DNA of 64,000 nt from Calcarisporiella thermophila CBS 279.70 (Eukaryota > Fungi > Calcarisporiellomycota), in assembly GCF_041956535.1 (NCBI RefSeq), contig NW_027192194.1, forward strand, positions 155,444 through 219,443. The letters are read 5' to 3'. The position numbers and the translations under genes were made by a program. This document shows, one piece after another, positions 12,233-25,149 of the stretch (positions within the stretch are counted from its first letter, which is position 1; each line of letters begins with the position of its first letter). Under the pieces are notes generated by a model. That model was given only the letters and a program-made list of their open reading frames with translations, made no database searches and had not been told where the DNA came from.

Positions 12233-15200
12233 CTAGAACAGCCCAGTTACACGGCCAGTTTCTTGATCGATATCCACGTCATAGAAGCAGGGCCGCTAAA
12301 GAGAGAGAGAAAGCGTCCAAACGCCTGAGTGAGCAGGGAGAGGAGACCACGTTCAAAGATAACTAGATAAGCTTACCGTAGGAAGGCCAGGCATTGTCTG
12401 CATCTCCCCAAGCAAGGGGTACAAAAATCCGGCCCCCACACTGGCCCGAATATCCCTGACCGGCACGGTGAATCCGGTGGGAACCCCCTTCAGCTTCGGG
12501 TCATGGCTCAGGCTGAGGTGGGTTTTCGCCATGCAAATCGGCAGGTTGCCAAACCCTTGGCGGGTGTACCGCTCTACCTTCTCGCGGGCGAGATCCGAGA
12601 GAGTGATCCCGTCGGCCCCGTACATCTCGCGGCAAATCACCTCGATCTTCTCCTCGATCGGGCGGTTCACATCGTACAGGAATTTGAAGTTGGGATTGGG
12701 GGTCACGGTGCTGTCGCAGGCCGCAATGACCGCCTTCCCGAGCTCAACGGCACCCGCACCTCCTTTCGCCCAGTGCTCGCATACCACGGCGCCGTTCGCG
12801 CCAGCCTCGAGGGCCAGGCGCTGCACCGTCTCGACCTCGGCCTGAGTATCGGTTGCGAAGCGGTTGATGGCCACCACCACTGCGACGCCGAACTTCTTCG
12901 CGTTCGAAATATGCTTGGCCATGTTTTGACAGCCCGCCGAGAGCATCGGCAGATTTTCCGTCACATACGCCTCGGGCAGCGGCTTACCGGGGGTGACCTC
13001 GGGCCCTCCTCCATGCATCTTCAGCGCGCGCACGGTCGCCACCAACACCACACAGTCGGGCACGAGTCCGGAGACCCGGCACTTGATGTCGAAGAACTTC
13101 TCCATTCCAATGTCGGCCCCAAAGCCTGCCTCGGTGATGACATACCCCGGAGGCATATCGGCTCCCTCGGTTCCCGCGAGCTTCAGCGCGATTCTGTCCG
13201 CAAGCACCGACGAGTTGCCGTGCGCAATATTCGCAAATGGCCCCGCATGCACAAAGACAGGCGTGCCCTCGAGCGTCTGCATCAAATTTGGTTTGATCGC
13301 GTCCTTCATCAAGACGGTCAGGGCGCCCCCGATGCCCAAGTCGTCCGCCGTCACAGGCTCGCCCGAACGGCTGCTGGCCACCACCATCCGACCAAGACGT
13401 TCGCGCATGTCCTTGAGATCCTTAGCAAGCGCAAGCACGGCCATCACCTCGCTAGCCACTGCAATATCGAATCCTGTCGTGCGCTCATGGCCCTGCTCGG
13501 TCGCATTCTGGCCAACCGTGATCTTGCGTAGGAATCGATCGTTTGTGTCGATAACACGTTGCCAAGTGATCGTGCTCGGGTCGATATCCAATCGGACGAA
13601 CCTGCTAATTTCCTCGGGGGTCAGCTCCTCCGGGTTCTCCTTATTGATCCCCAACTTCGCAAGACGGCGCTTCATCACTGGAGCAAAGCTGCGCTTACCC
13701 TTCTTTGCGGGACATAGGCGGTTAAAGAGGGCATTATCGGATTGAGTGGCTTCGTGGAACATGCGGGCATCGATGGCGGCGGCAAGCAGATTGTTAGCAG
13801 CAGTAACGGCATGAATATCCCCCGTGAGATGCAAGTTGAACTCATCCATGGGAATGACCTGGCTGTATCCTCCTCCTGCGGCCCCTCCTTTAATTCCAAA
13901 GGTAGGACCCTGGGAAGGCTGGCGCACGCAGGCAAACGCAATTTTGTCGAGGTGGGCCCCGAGAGCCTGGACCAACCCAATGGTCGTCGTGGATTTTCCC
14001 TCTCCAAGAGGAGTGGGCGTGATACTAGCCAAAGGCAAGATGCGAATAGCTGGATCAACCAATCATGCTTCTAAACAATACCAAACTCTAGGGGCTTACC
14101 CAGCCACTACGATGTATTTGCCATCCTTTCGGTGCATAAGTCGCTCCAGCACATCCAGACTCACCTTCGCCTTATAGTGTCCATAAAGCTCGATTTCATT
14201 GTCGGAAAGTCCCAGCTCATCACACAAATCGCGGATCAACTTGGGCTTTTGTGCCATGGCGATCTCGATGTCACTTGGGACTGGCTCCTGGAGACGAAGT
14301 GGGAGCGGTGAGACGTGCCTCTTGCAACTCTCTTCGAAGAAGCGCCTTGCCGCTTCCAGGGTATTATCCATCAGCATCGCCACGGTCATCGGGCCCACGC
14401 CACCAGGGACCGGAGTGATAGCGGACGCAACCTCCTTAGCCTTATCGAACTCCACGTCTCCAACCCATCGAATGCCCGATTTTTTCGTGGAGTCCTCAAC
14501 CGCATTTGTCCCAACATCAATGACCACGGCTCCAGGCTTGATCCATTCACCGCGCACGAAGTTCGCACGTCCAATGGCCACCACTAGAATATCCGCTTCT
14601 CTTACGATATGCTCGATGTTCAGGGTCTTGGAGTGGCAAAGTGTGACCGTTGCATCCTCGCCCGTCAGCAGGTTTGCAATGGGGGTTCCAACGATATCAC
14701 TACGTCCGACCACCACGGCACGCTTTCCGGCAATTTGAACCCCGACATGGCGGATAAGTTCGACGATACCTTTTGGCGTACAGGGGAGGAACATAGGGTT
14801 TGCCTTGCGCTTGGTCATATTGCCAATGTTCTCTGCGTGGAACCCATCCACGTCCTTCCGAGGATCAATCGCCTGGGTAATTAATGTTTCGTCGATATGG
14901 GCGGGGAGAGGAAGCTGTACGAGAATACCGTGTACTCTGGCATCCCCATTGAGCTCACGCACCTCATTCATTAACTAATCCCAAAAAAATGGAATATAGA
15001 ATAAGCACACTCAAGGAAAATAGCTGCGGTTCAAGTTAGCTCACTGACTTCAGTCTGAGATATATTCTCTGGGAATTTTCGATGTGAGAACTCCATACCC
15101 GCCTATTCGGTTAAGGATACCAATGTTTAATGCGAGCTGAACATCTACCAATGAAATGGAAACCACATCGACTCACTTCTTTCGCGGCTTTCTCTTTCAT

Positions 15201-15584
15201 ACGCAAATACAATGTCGAGTCGTCTCGCTGTCCAACTTGTACGACACTCAAATGCGGCTTAAATTGAGGGTATTTGGCCTTCATTTCCGCGATTTCTTTC
15301 TTAATTCTATCGCTAATCGACCTACAGATATATCTATATAGCAAACACGTCTTCCAAAATAAACCAATTCCAACTCACTTCGCGAGCGATTTCCCATCAA
15401 TTAATTGAGCCATATTATCAGATGTTACTTTCCGAGTATAGGATTGAACGGGGATATGCGACGTGTTAAAAGATGAATTGCACAGTAGGCAGCCAGGAGT
15501 ACGGAGGCGAGAGAGTAATGGAGTGAATTTGGGGAGAGGAGCACGAGCGAGCGGTCGACTTAGATGTAGAAAAGTGAACCACAT
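12233..15584 (-). CDS. ADE3: Trifunctional C1-tetrahydrofolate synthase (Ade3/Mis1 family)
   Basis: [81 protein letters not shown], ends GLF*; upstream in-frame presequence from 15584. Confidence 0.97.
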
Positions 15585-16041
15585 AGTGAACCAGAACCTT
15601 GTGGGACGGTTGTTTTTCTCGTGTGATTTCGGAGATCGTAAGATTCGAATCAAGATGTTTGATTCGAAAATGAATAGAGGCTAAAGGCACGGACATTTAT
15701 ATAGAATAAAAGGGAGGGGGTTGGGTTACACCTTAGAAATAACACTTATTTTCCCGCCCATGCATGCATCTGCTCTATTATTCCCGAGCTCATTTATGTT
15801 GGGCATCTCCCAATCATTCAATGTTATCTTTATTCAAGATTGGGTGGAGGTTGTGAGATATAATGGCATAAACCTCAGCTTTTCCATAGCATGGATCTTG
15901 AGGATTCATCTGAGAAAACTCCAACAAGAAGCCCAATTCTGATCTTAGAGTAATTTCACTAGACTATTAGACAACACACTCTTTTTATCTATGGTATTCT
16001 TAAGCTAATACAACTGTGAGAATAAACAGCAATAAGCAATA

Positions 16042-16605
16042 TTAATCCTTGTTCTCCGTAAAGTCGAGGACGAAAAAGCCGACCGGAGAAAAATTATCTC
16101 TTGAAGTGGACATGGCAAAATAGACATTGGGATGCAACTCCCTAATGAAATCGGTGACGCGGCCAAGAATTGGCTGGTTATACCGGATCCGGATGGCCTC
16201 TTTTTTGTCGGGAGGAAAGGTTTCGTAGGCAGCCGTTCCTCGTAGGAAACTTAGACCGCCCACCCAGTTGTTCTCTATTGGGCCACCGTTTTCATCCCCG
16301 TAGAAAGTCATCGACCTCCAGATGAGATCTGCGCCTTTATAAAAGGCTACTGCAAGTGGGTCAGAATCTTTGCATTCATTTAGGCGGCATGCTCTCGAGA
16401 AACCCCCACCGGTTTGGCCCCCGTGTGGCATGGGACCGTTCTCCAAGCTAAGAAAGAGATTTTCCAGCTCCTTAATCGAACAATACTTCAGGTTTTCAAT
16501 TGTTTCTTGCGGGTCATCTCCCAGGGGACATGCGTTGTCTACCGCCAATAATGGGGTAGCGAATAAGCAAGTGGTGACAAGCGTGCTGAAGAATCGAGTT
16601 TTCAT
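16042..16605 (-). CDS. Intronless secreted hypothetical protein (187 aa)
   Basis: Single ORF with signal-peptide-like N-terminus MKTRFFSTLVTTCLFATPLLA; globular, aromatic-rich body. Confidence 0.75.
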   Translation of the reverse strand: MKTRFFSTLVTTCLFATPLLAVDNACPLGDDPQETIENLKYCSIKELENLFLSLENGPMPHGGQTGGGFSRACRLNECKDSDPLAVAFYKGADLIWRSMTFYGDENGGPIENNWVGGLSFLRGTAAYETFPPDKKEAIRIRYNQPILGRVTDFIRELHPNVYFAMSTSRDNFSPVGFFVLDFTENKD

Positions 16606-17380
16606 TCGGATTAAATGTAAGAAAAGAGAAGCGGACAGGTTGGTATGTAAAATGGCCCAGAGTAAATTGTTTTATTACACTAACCGGTTGAATAGAGCTT
16701 TATATAAGATGAAAAGGAGGGTTATATGAGCTTGTTTTTGCTAGCGCAAAAGCGGGCCGTTTTTGAGATCATATTGGATTCTCATCCTCATAAGAAAAAC
16801 ATTTTACTCGAACAGGCATTTTTATTTATATTACAAAATTGGCGAAGACCTATGTAATTTAAAAACAACCCAAGGCGTTTCAACAGTATTCAAATAGTTG
16901 AAGGTTTTTGCATGGTCTCCGGTTCCAAGGGCAAACAAAACTTTTGCGTGGAGTTGGCAAATTACAATACATCCGAGAATCAAAAAGGGCAAAGATATTG
17001 GCCACATTTTTGGACGGGGAAAAACGAGAGACCCTGTGGCTTGGCAGACTTTCCATAGCTTCACTGAAGTCTGTAGGAATTAAGTTTATAAGAAATACGC
17101 ATACTTTTGTCGAAAATCCAAACCATTCTAATCAAATGAAAAGTCGTTGATCTCGCTAGACTCTAGGGGAAAGGACGTGAATATAAGTCGATGATATCCA
17201 GTCTAAAGACACCAAGAGATTGCAAGGAAAAATCCTAGCTCAACATAGTAGGTTTGATAGAAGTAGATTCGGAGATTGGATTGTGACGCGCCGTAATTTT
17301 TTTTATCCATTATTCTCACACTTACTTTGGTCACCTTGACTTTGAAATTGAAAAATCTTCACCACTCTCTCTTATCAAAT

Positions 17381-18207
17381 ATGTCGCTTGCTCGCTCCAT
17401 GGTTAACAAAATCAAGCAGGCATCTACAGCCTTATTTGTTTGTGATATTCAGGAGCGGTTTCGCCCGATGATCTACCAGTTCCCTAGCTTGATTTCAACC
17501 GCTAGCAAAATGGTATGGGTTGAACTTCATGACTAACGGCTCTATAGTCACATTCTACTGTTGGATCATTCATTACATTCATCTCGTGATAATAATAGCT
17601 TCAAGCGTCGAAGATTCTGAATTTGCCTGTGATTGTGACTGAGCAAAATTCTAAAGCCCTCGGCAATACAGTCCCCGAGCTTGATATCGGACACGCTCAA
17701 ATGGTCGTACCCAAATCACTTTTCTCCATGTACGTACCAGAAGTTTCGGAGGCACTAAAGAGCAAGGATATCAAATCAGTAGTCTTGCTCGGGATTGAGG
17801 TATGAAGGAGCCATGGCAATTCCTAACATAGTGTCTGACATTCCTTTGCTATTCTACATAGTCACATGTTTGTGTGCTCCAAACGACTTTGGACCTTCTT
17901 GAAAATGGATACGATGTGCACGTATTAGCAGATGGTGTATCGAGCATGAACTACCCGGAGATTGATGTTGCATTAAATGTATGAATAGGAGATGCTAAGT
18001 TTATTCATGAAGTCATGGTACTAACTCTTAATTTTGCTTCGATAGCGCATGAGACAGGCTGGTGCAAATATCACAACTTCCGAATCCATCCTCTTTCAAT
18101 TGTTAGTGGACGCTAAGCACGAGAACTTTAAACAGATCTCCAACCTCATTAAGCAGTTTAAGGATGAGACGAGCAACAATAAGTTACTTTTCAGACATTC
18201 GCTTTAA
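17381..18207 (+). CDS. Isochorismatase-domain protein (ISOC1/ISOC2-like)
   Basis: [54 protein letters not shown]. Confidence 0.93.
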
Positions 18208-18236
18208 AGCATTATATTGAAGTGGTCCATTATTAT

Positions 18237-19171
18237 TTATGAAAGATCTACAATATAGCAATTGGTTGCACGAATAAAGTCTTCGACAGGAAGGCAGAGT
18301 TTCCAATCGACATCTCCCCCGCCTAACCATAATACGGGAGGCTAAAATTTTATAGTAGACACAATCAGTACCAACAAGCTTTGTAAAAGCATGGTCAATT
18401 GAAAAGTTCTACCTGTAATCTTGCTATGCTCTCACTGAGAATGATGGGCAACTCTTTCTTCATTCCAATGGGGCATACCCCATTGTTGTCAAAACCTGTC
18501 AGCTCATAGGACAGTTCTGCCGATACCAAACGCATTTGCGCCGTTTTTCGTCCAGGCTCTAGTTTGTGAATAAAGGCGTTGAGCTTTTGAATGTTGATGT
18601 TCTGGACATACTGGGTAATAACACAAAAATATCGAGTCGGAGAGGACATGTCTTGACCGGTTCCAACAGAAGATTAGGGGCCGAATTAGCGACTTCGAAG
18701 CAAGAAAATTTACCTTTTTTATCTTCCATGACGACCGATTTGCATAAATGTGATTTCGAAGGGGCAAGCAGCCGAAAACTTTGGGAATCGTGCCGTTAAA
18801 AAAAAAACTTGAGCAAACGTGCCTGTAGTCAACTTAGATAGCTTTGGAAAATTACTTACGCGCGTCGCTGAAGTTCCCATTCATAGTAATCGCTCTCTAC
18901 TTTTCGAAGTTTAAAATGTTTTAACCCGATTTCTCGACAAGCCTTCTCTACCTGTGATATGGGATTCGTACATCAACATCGTGGTCTCGTACTAAGATTC
19001 CTTTTACAAAACACTCACGGTTTTGACGGTTTCAGGAGCGTGAGGCGGAAGAGTCTCATTACTAGCCTCCTCCTTAAAGTGAGAGAGGTAGGCATCCTGC
19101 ACTGACGGATGCTTATAAAGTGAGGATATAGATATGGTTAAAGTTTCTAGACATTCATTAACACTCGACAT
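18237..19171 (-). CDS. YbaK/aminoacyl-tRNA editing domain protein
   Basis: SDYYEW.LQRR, APSKSHLCKSVVME, YFCVITQY, LTGFDNNGVCPIG, LWLGGGDVDWKL. Confidence 0.85.
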
Positions 19172-19269
19172 GATTATAGGGGGCAATTTCAGTGTAAGTT
19201 CAGTCTCTCTATTTAAATTGTGACAACTTTGTGACTTTATAATTTTATAATTTAGCAATCGAGGTATAT

Positions 19270-20953
19270 TTATTCAATCTTTCTTCTCTTAGTGTTTTCA
19301 GATTCCACGACGTCTTCCTCTTTGAGCTGTTCCAGAGCACGCAATAGTATTTTTTTCTCGCCAAGTCGCACTACTGCAGCGTGGTAGAGATTGGGCTGGG
19401 TGATTTTGCTGTTGACAATCTCTTCGTCCTTCTACAAAGTTAAAAATTGAAGAGCTTCAATAAACGAATATCAAAAGGGGCGACTAAAGGGGGTGGTACC
19501 TCAATGGTCGTGTTATACTGTTCCATTCGTTTAGTCAGTATCTGCCGCAATATGGGGAGTATTTGGGGGTCCAGCTTTGGCTTAGGCAGCTTCTCGGCCT
19601 TTCGCATCTTTTTGAACTCTGACTTAGGTGCCAGTAACAATTTAACTAAGCCATATATAAATTAGATCGAGCCCCACTAATATTCGCGAAAGGGGTTGTA
19701 TGAATTACCTGTAACAATCAATTCGGGGGGCAACTTGCCATCCGAGCCAATTTCGAAGTAGTCATCCAATACCTCCTCCTCTAACAAAAATTCGATTCTG
19801 TCCTCTCGCTCTCCCTCCTCCGGGCAACAGATCTCAGCAACCTGATCTCCCGCGAGCAACACGATATCAAAAGGATTTCCGACATCATCAGAAAATCCAT
19901 ACTTTCGCAAAAGCTCTGCAGAACCCAAATCTCCATAAGTGTTGTAGATTTGTGTGCCGGTGGGAATCCGACCGACTGAAAGCATGCGGAGCGCATGTGG
20001 TTCATAGAATAGACGGGCATTGTTGTAGCCAGTTTTGTGATTAAGAAGGTCCGCCATTGGGACCATGGCGATATCACCCTCGCCTGCGTCTTCCTCGTCA
20101 TCTTCACTGTCTACTTCCTCGTCATCGTCATCTTTCGAGGCCGAACTGTTCGGGTCTTGGTCGTGGAAGCTGTATGCCATAATCAGGGATCCCATGCGAT
20201 GAAAAAGGTCGACATTGGATTTTTCCTGATCAAATAGGTCCGGATGTGCCTAGTTTAGTTTTGTAAAGGTGAGTTTGCATTGACAAGGAAAAACCGAGTA
20301 GAAAAACGCACATTACCTTAATTATAGGAAGTAAACTCTCCACAAACATTTGTTCAGCCTCTTTCTTTCCAATTCTGTCTATTGCAGAAATATTTGTCTA
20401 TATTATTCATATTCGAAGTCACTACAAACGTGGGATCATACCAGCTATGCTTGTGCCCTTCAACTCTTCCAACTCTTCATCGGCCCAGAACATGGGGGTC
20501 GAGAAATGGGTTGGTAGAATATCTTGTTGAGAAATCAATTAGTTCCAACGAATAAAAAAAAAATTCCCTCCCGTACAAGATAACATACCGAAATAAGGCT
20601 TCCACAGAGAATCGTCACGTTGCGATTCATACATCATACAAAGAATCAGTGGGCCCCATCCAGACAGGTCTTTCAATTTTTCTCCAACAGGTGTACTTGC
20701 TAGCTGACTGGTCTTGGAAGACAGTAGAAGGCGGCGAGGGATTTCAAATAGCAGCTCGTTTTCCTAATGCTATCGTTAAATAGATGAACCGCGAGAGTAA
20801 CACGATAGAGTTTACCTCAATATCCGACGTGGCCACAACGCCACGCCCAGCATTTTCAGAGGAGTAGTCTTTCAGGGCTATTTTATGGGATATTATGGCG
20901 CCATTACTTGTGAGCCATTCAAGAAATGCCTTTTCTATGTCCACCATCGTCAT
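19270..20953 (-). CDS. RKM4: SET-domain lysine methyltransferase, SETD6/Rkm4-like
   Basis: FLEWL..NG, AGRGVVAT, WGPLILCMMYE, WKPYF, IMAYSF, MVPMADLLNH, QIYNTYG, ELLRKYGF, Rubisco-LSMT-like C-terminus VRLGEK. Confidence 0.88.
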
Positions 20954-21609
20954 TATTTCGGGAGTAGGCTGGAGCCTTGATAGGTAAATATTAATGCAGT
21001 CACATGTGCCTTGGACTGCTTGCGGCTAAAAGATAAATCTCACTAGCCTCTCTATGAGTTCGCGCTAAAGATAGCAACCATTCTTCTGACTAAACTGGCT
21101 CGTAAAAGCCTTGCTCCTCCACACCGTTATATACTGAATACGTGTCGGCTTTCAAATGCCAGCGCGGGATTTTCCAATCGCCCAACACCAAAGTTGCTTA
21201 GGTAAGGGCGATTACGGAGCGCACTCTAAACGGCAACCTCCAGAACAGCATTATTTGGGTGGATGCTGCAAACCTTATCATTCAATGGGTATTTCCCGGC
21301 GCCATGACAATGGATAAATCTTGCATATTCCTCAATACACAGTAATGCCTTCCCCCCAAAAATAGCGGCTTCGGTTTGATGGCTCATCAATGGCTGGTGT
21401 GATAAGCCATTCGGTTTCTAGAAGTTCAGAAACACGGCCCCCGCAAATTTTCCGTTCCCTGATTTTATCCATACGAATTCACATTAAATTCACTTGATCC
21501 CACAGCGTTTTTATTGCTAGCGCTGTTTTTTTCCAACCTCGGACGTCACTTTCTTGCACCTCAAATCCTCTCTTTCCAGCAGCTCACCTTCCCCTCAAGC
21601 ATTAGTCTA

Positions 21610-22968
21610 ATGCAAGATTTCCACGACACTCTTCACCCATTGTCGCAGATTCAAGCCAACAAACCGCCTGATCAGGGGAAGCTCACACAAGTGGGCGGCC
21701 GACGCAGGCATAGTAAGCGGGCCCCGATGTCGCTAGAGGAACGTCGATTACAAAACCGACTGGCTCAGCGACAGTTCCGTGATAGGCGTGATCGTTACAC
21801 CCGTCAACTCGAGGAGGTATGTCATATCATTGGTTTCAATGCCTTTCAGCTAGAATCTCGCTCACTCTCTTCGATAGATGGTTGAGTACCTTCGCAATGA
21901 AAATCAGACATCGGCTCAATCAATGCGCCAAGAAATAGATCGCCTGACGGGGCTCCTCGATATTCTCTCCACAGAAAACGACAATCTCCGTCAAGTGGTT
22001 GTTCAGCTCTCGGATGGCGATCCTTATCGTACACGCCTTGTTAAATCAAGTGGGATTTTGGAGCGGCGGGCTGTTATGGGCCTTCTGTCTCCCCCGGCAT
22101 CGAGTCCTTCTGGCTCTTCCCGTAGAGAAATGTCTTCTGAGCAAGAGGACATTGGGATTGCATCCCCCCCTGTAAAAGTCGCAGATGAAACTCTGTTCTC
22201 CATGGAGGAATCCTCTGCAAACTCTGGTGCTAAAGCGTTGCCATCTTGCTGCAGCGGTGCCAATTTTGCGGACAAAAATGGAGAAACATTGGATATAGAA
22301 ACTACGAGCACGCTGACGGTATCCGTCATCAGCGAAGGCCCTGAGGAGTTTTTATCTCGGGTATTGGAGGCTTCAAAGTTGAGAGGTGCCCATGTCCTGG
22401 AGCAAGGTAAGAGTTTCAGTTTTGAGAAAGAGTGGCGAGAAAGCAGGAGAATATTCATGCGCTAATTTTCATCCTTAGTAAAATCAATTCTCGACAAGTT
22501 GCAGCGAGAAGCGAAGTCAAAAGAGGCACTTAAACGTCGCCACCCAGCTTCTATGCCGACCCTACTTCAATGCACAATACCTCATGATCCACGGGTAGAT
22601 TTAATACCCTGTCCTCTGTTGAGAGATAAAATGATTGTAGGTGCTCATTCTAGCGGGGTTTTCACCCTTTGCTAACATTGGTTTCATGACCTTAGATCCA
22701 CCAGAATCAGTACGATATAACCGAGCTCATTAATTTGATGGTTGAAAAGGCAGAGTTACTTGGTGACGATCCTGGGGATCCTGACGCCTGGCGGCTTCCC
22801 CTTGAGTTCTTCCAAAACTACGAGTATTTGGTTGCCCCTGCATGCAAGGCAATGCAGAGAGACGTGCAAATATATGTGAGCCAAGGTCTTCTAGGTCCAG
22901 AATGGCTGTCAAACGGAAGAGTAGCTGTAAGTGTGCATGCTTTTGGACCCTACGCTAAAGATTACTAA
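21610..22968 (+). CDS. bZIP transcription factor with C-terminal DUF3425-like domain
   Basis: RRLQNRLAQRQFRDRR basic region plus zipper; PTLLQCTIPHDPRVDLIPCPLLRDKMI...GDDPGDPDAWRLPLEFF. Confidence 0.85.
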
Positions 22969-23225
22969 CATGAATCCAACCGCCAGATTGCCAATCCTTA
23001 TCCAAAATATTCCTAGCCACAAGAGCACATTCAATCATCGATCCCAACTTTTATTTAGTTTTGTGTTTCCTCTATTTCTTTGCATTAAGCTTAGTGTATT
23101 TCAATATTTGTTTCTGTTGAAATTTATTTTAGGATTCAAATGCCTTCATTCTAACATCAGTGTTTAGGGAGGATTTATTTTGAATAAAAATCTATATACA
23201 TTGAATATATCGACAACTTCCCTTC

Positions 23226-23896
23226 TTACGAGGTTGGGGTTTTGGGACTTTCCTCTCCCAACACTTCCCACCCCAACTTGCGACTTCTCTCCTCCTTTGA
23301 TTTCTTCTCTCCCGTTTTTTCACTAGGAGCCGCTCTCCTCGATTCGATCCTCTCTTTTCTCCGCTTCTCCTGCCGCTCTATCACCTCCGGGGTTGGAACA
23401 TATCGCGACTTCAATATACGTCGAACTGCTTCACTCGTTATCTTAAATTCTTGGGCCAACTTTGCCGTGTTATATTCTCCGGGAAGCTATTAATAGACAA
23501 GCGAAAAGGTTGGTGTTTAATCTTGGGGTCCGTATGGAAATCCGTGTTTAACACAATCCTGATTACCTCACGGTGCAAAAATCGGATCTTCTCCATTGTG
23601 GATCTGGATACCCGTTTGGGTGGCCGCCACGCAGCACCATCAAACTTCTCGCGCAGTGCGAGTCTATGTCTTTGCCAGCTCGGTAGATCTGTACGGGATC
23701 TCCAGTAGAGTGGAGAGTGGGGATTGAGTAATTCCGAAAGGCTAGATTCTGGAGGTTGTGGTCGTTTTGAATTTACTGGTGCTCGGGAACCATGGGATTC
23801 ATTTTGTACTTTAATAGAGAAGGGGGCTATAAAATTATAGACTGGCCGGGGCGTGCTAGGTAGGTGACGATGCAAGACGGAGATCAGCTGTTTCAT
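23226..23896 (-). CDS. RRG9: Rrg9/neugrin-like mitochondrial protein
   Basis: WQRHRLALREKFDGAAWRPPKRVSR..MEKIRFLH...LAQEFKITSEAVRRILKSRYVP. Confidence 0.88.
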
Positions 23897-24252
23897 TGTA
23901 CCGAGGGTGATATGGTTGACCTGCCAAGTTGTTGACCTAAATGTGACTTGTATAAACTTAATTTTTCTCAATCACTAAAGAAGCTACAATACTATATTAA
24001 AGGAAAAAAAACAATTGTGAAAAATCTGCACAGTTTACAAGCTAGAAAATAGTGGGGGGGGGGGGGAGGAGGGATTGAAGTATATTACAATACGAGGAAT
24101 TCGGTTAACAATAAAAAAGACACTCAAACAAGACAAAATCGGAGAACTGTGCAGCATAGGCATAGAGTAAAGTGAGGCTATTTTGGGAAAAAAAGAGAAT
24201 GGAATTTCTACTTTGGTTGAATATATTTAAATTCCTTTAGCTATCACTTGAC

Positions 24253-25149
24253 TTAATTAGCACCAACTGTAGCTTCCGACGACACGCCCTGTCTTTGTTG
24301 TCCATCCTTTCCTTTCTCGCTTGTTTCCTCCTCGTCGCTCTCGTTGCTGCTTGTGCTTGCACCTCTACTTGCTCCAGTCGGAGCCGTCACGGACGAGTGG
24401 GCGTGAAAGCCATCTGTGCCCGTCAGCTGAAGCTTGGCGTTGAGTTCTTCAACTTCCTTGATCAATCGCATACTATCATCAACTCGCATTGCCCCTAATG
24501 CAAGCTTTGTGTGCAGTTCCTCGATTTCCTTACGTAGTGCTTGATTTTCTTCTTGAAGGCGTGCCACCTGCTCCTCGAGCCCTTGCACATACACCTTCTT
24601 TTTCTTGCGGCATTCCTTGGCAGCAATACGGTTTCGAGCGAGACGGCGTTGTCGGCGTTCATCTGCAGTGAGATTACGAGTGTTGCCCCGTCCTCCAGTA
24701 GAGGATTGTACATCGCCGGTGGTGCCTGTGCCTCCCATTTGCCCATCCCCGTGATCTCGTGACAAATTCGACACCAATCCATGTCCAAGCAGGGATGCAA
24801 TGTTAAATGGCTGCCCGGAAGCTTGTGCATTCTGTGCGGCTTGCACCAATGCCGCTGGACTAATACCATTGAAATTGTCGCTGAACAACTTATCGTGCAA
24901 GATGGTCGCAGTTAGAAGGGTGTTCGTGCCCGCCTCGCTAATCATGGAGGCTGCATTAGCATCCTCACTAGTGGTGGGCTTGTTCTCCATTTTCTGCTTC
25001 TTGGACCCATCATCGCCAGAGGAATTGACAGAGTCGGCTGGTCGTTTAGTGCCGTTACTTGTGGCATCCGAAGTCTTCTGCTCGTTTTCCTTCTTAGCAG
25101 ATTTATCGTTTAGTTCGACAGATTTGTCTTGCGTTAGTTTATCGCCCAT
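24253..25149 (-). CDS. CREB/ATF1-like bZIP transcription factor
   Basis: RRQRRLARNRIAAKECRKKKKVYVQGLE plus leucine zipper; probable 5'-UTR intron about 25177-25368. Confidence 0.88.
   Translation of the reverse strand: MGDKLTQDKSVELNDKSAKKENEQKTSDATSNGTKRPADSVNSSGDDGSKKQKMENKPTTSEDANAASMISEAGTNTLLTATILHDKLFSDNFNGISPAALVQAAQNAQASGQPFNIASLLGHGLVSNLSRDHGDGQMGGTGTTGDVQSSTGGRGNTRNLTADERRQRRLARNRIAAKECRKKKKVYVQGLEEQVARLQEENQALRKEIEELHTKLALGAMRVDDSMRLIKEVEELNAKLQLTGTDGFHAHSSVTAPTGASRGASTSSNESDEEETSEKGKDGQQRQGVSSEATVGAN

Noticed and set aside
12468-14884. Long plus-strand ORFs opposite C1-THF synthase
   Set aside because: Antisense shadows of a GC-rich conserved CDS
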